Virus genome (UHGV): UHGV-0137562
Length of the DNA: 19,149 nt
Direction: 5' to 3' (one strand)
Origin: a virus
Every line of letters starts with the position of its first letter. Position 1 is the stretch's first letter. The notes below the pieces were generated by a model. That model made no database searches, was not told the DNA's origin, and saw only the letters and a program-made list of their open reading frames with translations. Shown piece by piece: positions 19,070 through 19,149 of this stretch. The translations under genes were made by a program, and so were the position numbers.

Positions 19070-19149
19070 GAATTTCTAACATACCATTTATTAATGGTTA
19101 ACTTTATGAGTTATCACTATAAAAATATAAATAGGAGCCACATGCGTTT

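Noticed and set aside
1-19149. CRISPR arrays, tRNA, rRNA, insertion sequences or integrase
   Set aside because: No regularly spaced direct repeats, no tRNA-like cloverleaf candidates in intergenic gaps, and no transposase- or integrase-like ORFs. The only mobile-element-like gene is the HNH endonuclease.

Overview
This window reads as the late (virion structural) region of a P22-like podovirus (Lederbergvirus-type), most likely a prophage or phage of an enterobacterial host. The gene order on the + strand matches the P22 morphogenesis order: large terminase C-terminus (5' truncated), portal, scaffold, coat, an acidic ORF, gp4-like, gp10-like, tail needle, gp14-like, three ejection proteins (gp7/gp20/gp16-like), then an immunity-I-like accessory region, then the tailspike. 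All identifications rest on synteny, protein lengths, sequence motifs and my recollection of P22/Sf6 proteins; no database search was run. Three things interrupt the conserved backbone: (1) an AT-rich HNH homing-endonuclease gene on the minus strand wedged exactly between scaffold and coat; (2) an unusually acidic ORF between coat and gp4; (3) an expanded AT-rich accessory island (13738-17128) containing a membrane protein, two Mnt-like and one Arc-like ribbon-helix-helix regulator, a Bro-N antirepressor-like protein, and two uncharacterised ORFs. This island is the best candidate for an undescribed superinfection-exclusion or anti-immunity system. The tailspike is mosaic: a P22-type N-terminal head-binding domain joined to a different, AT-rich receptor-binding domain. 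No tRNA, rRNA or CRISPR array is evident.
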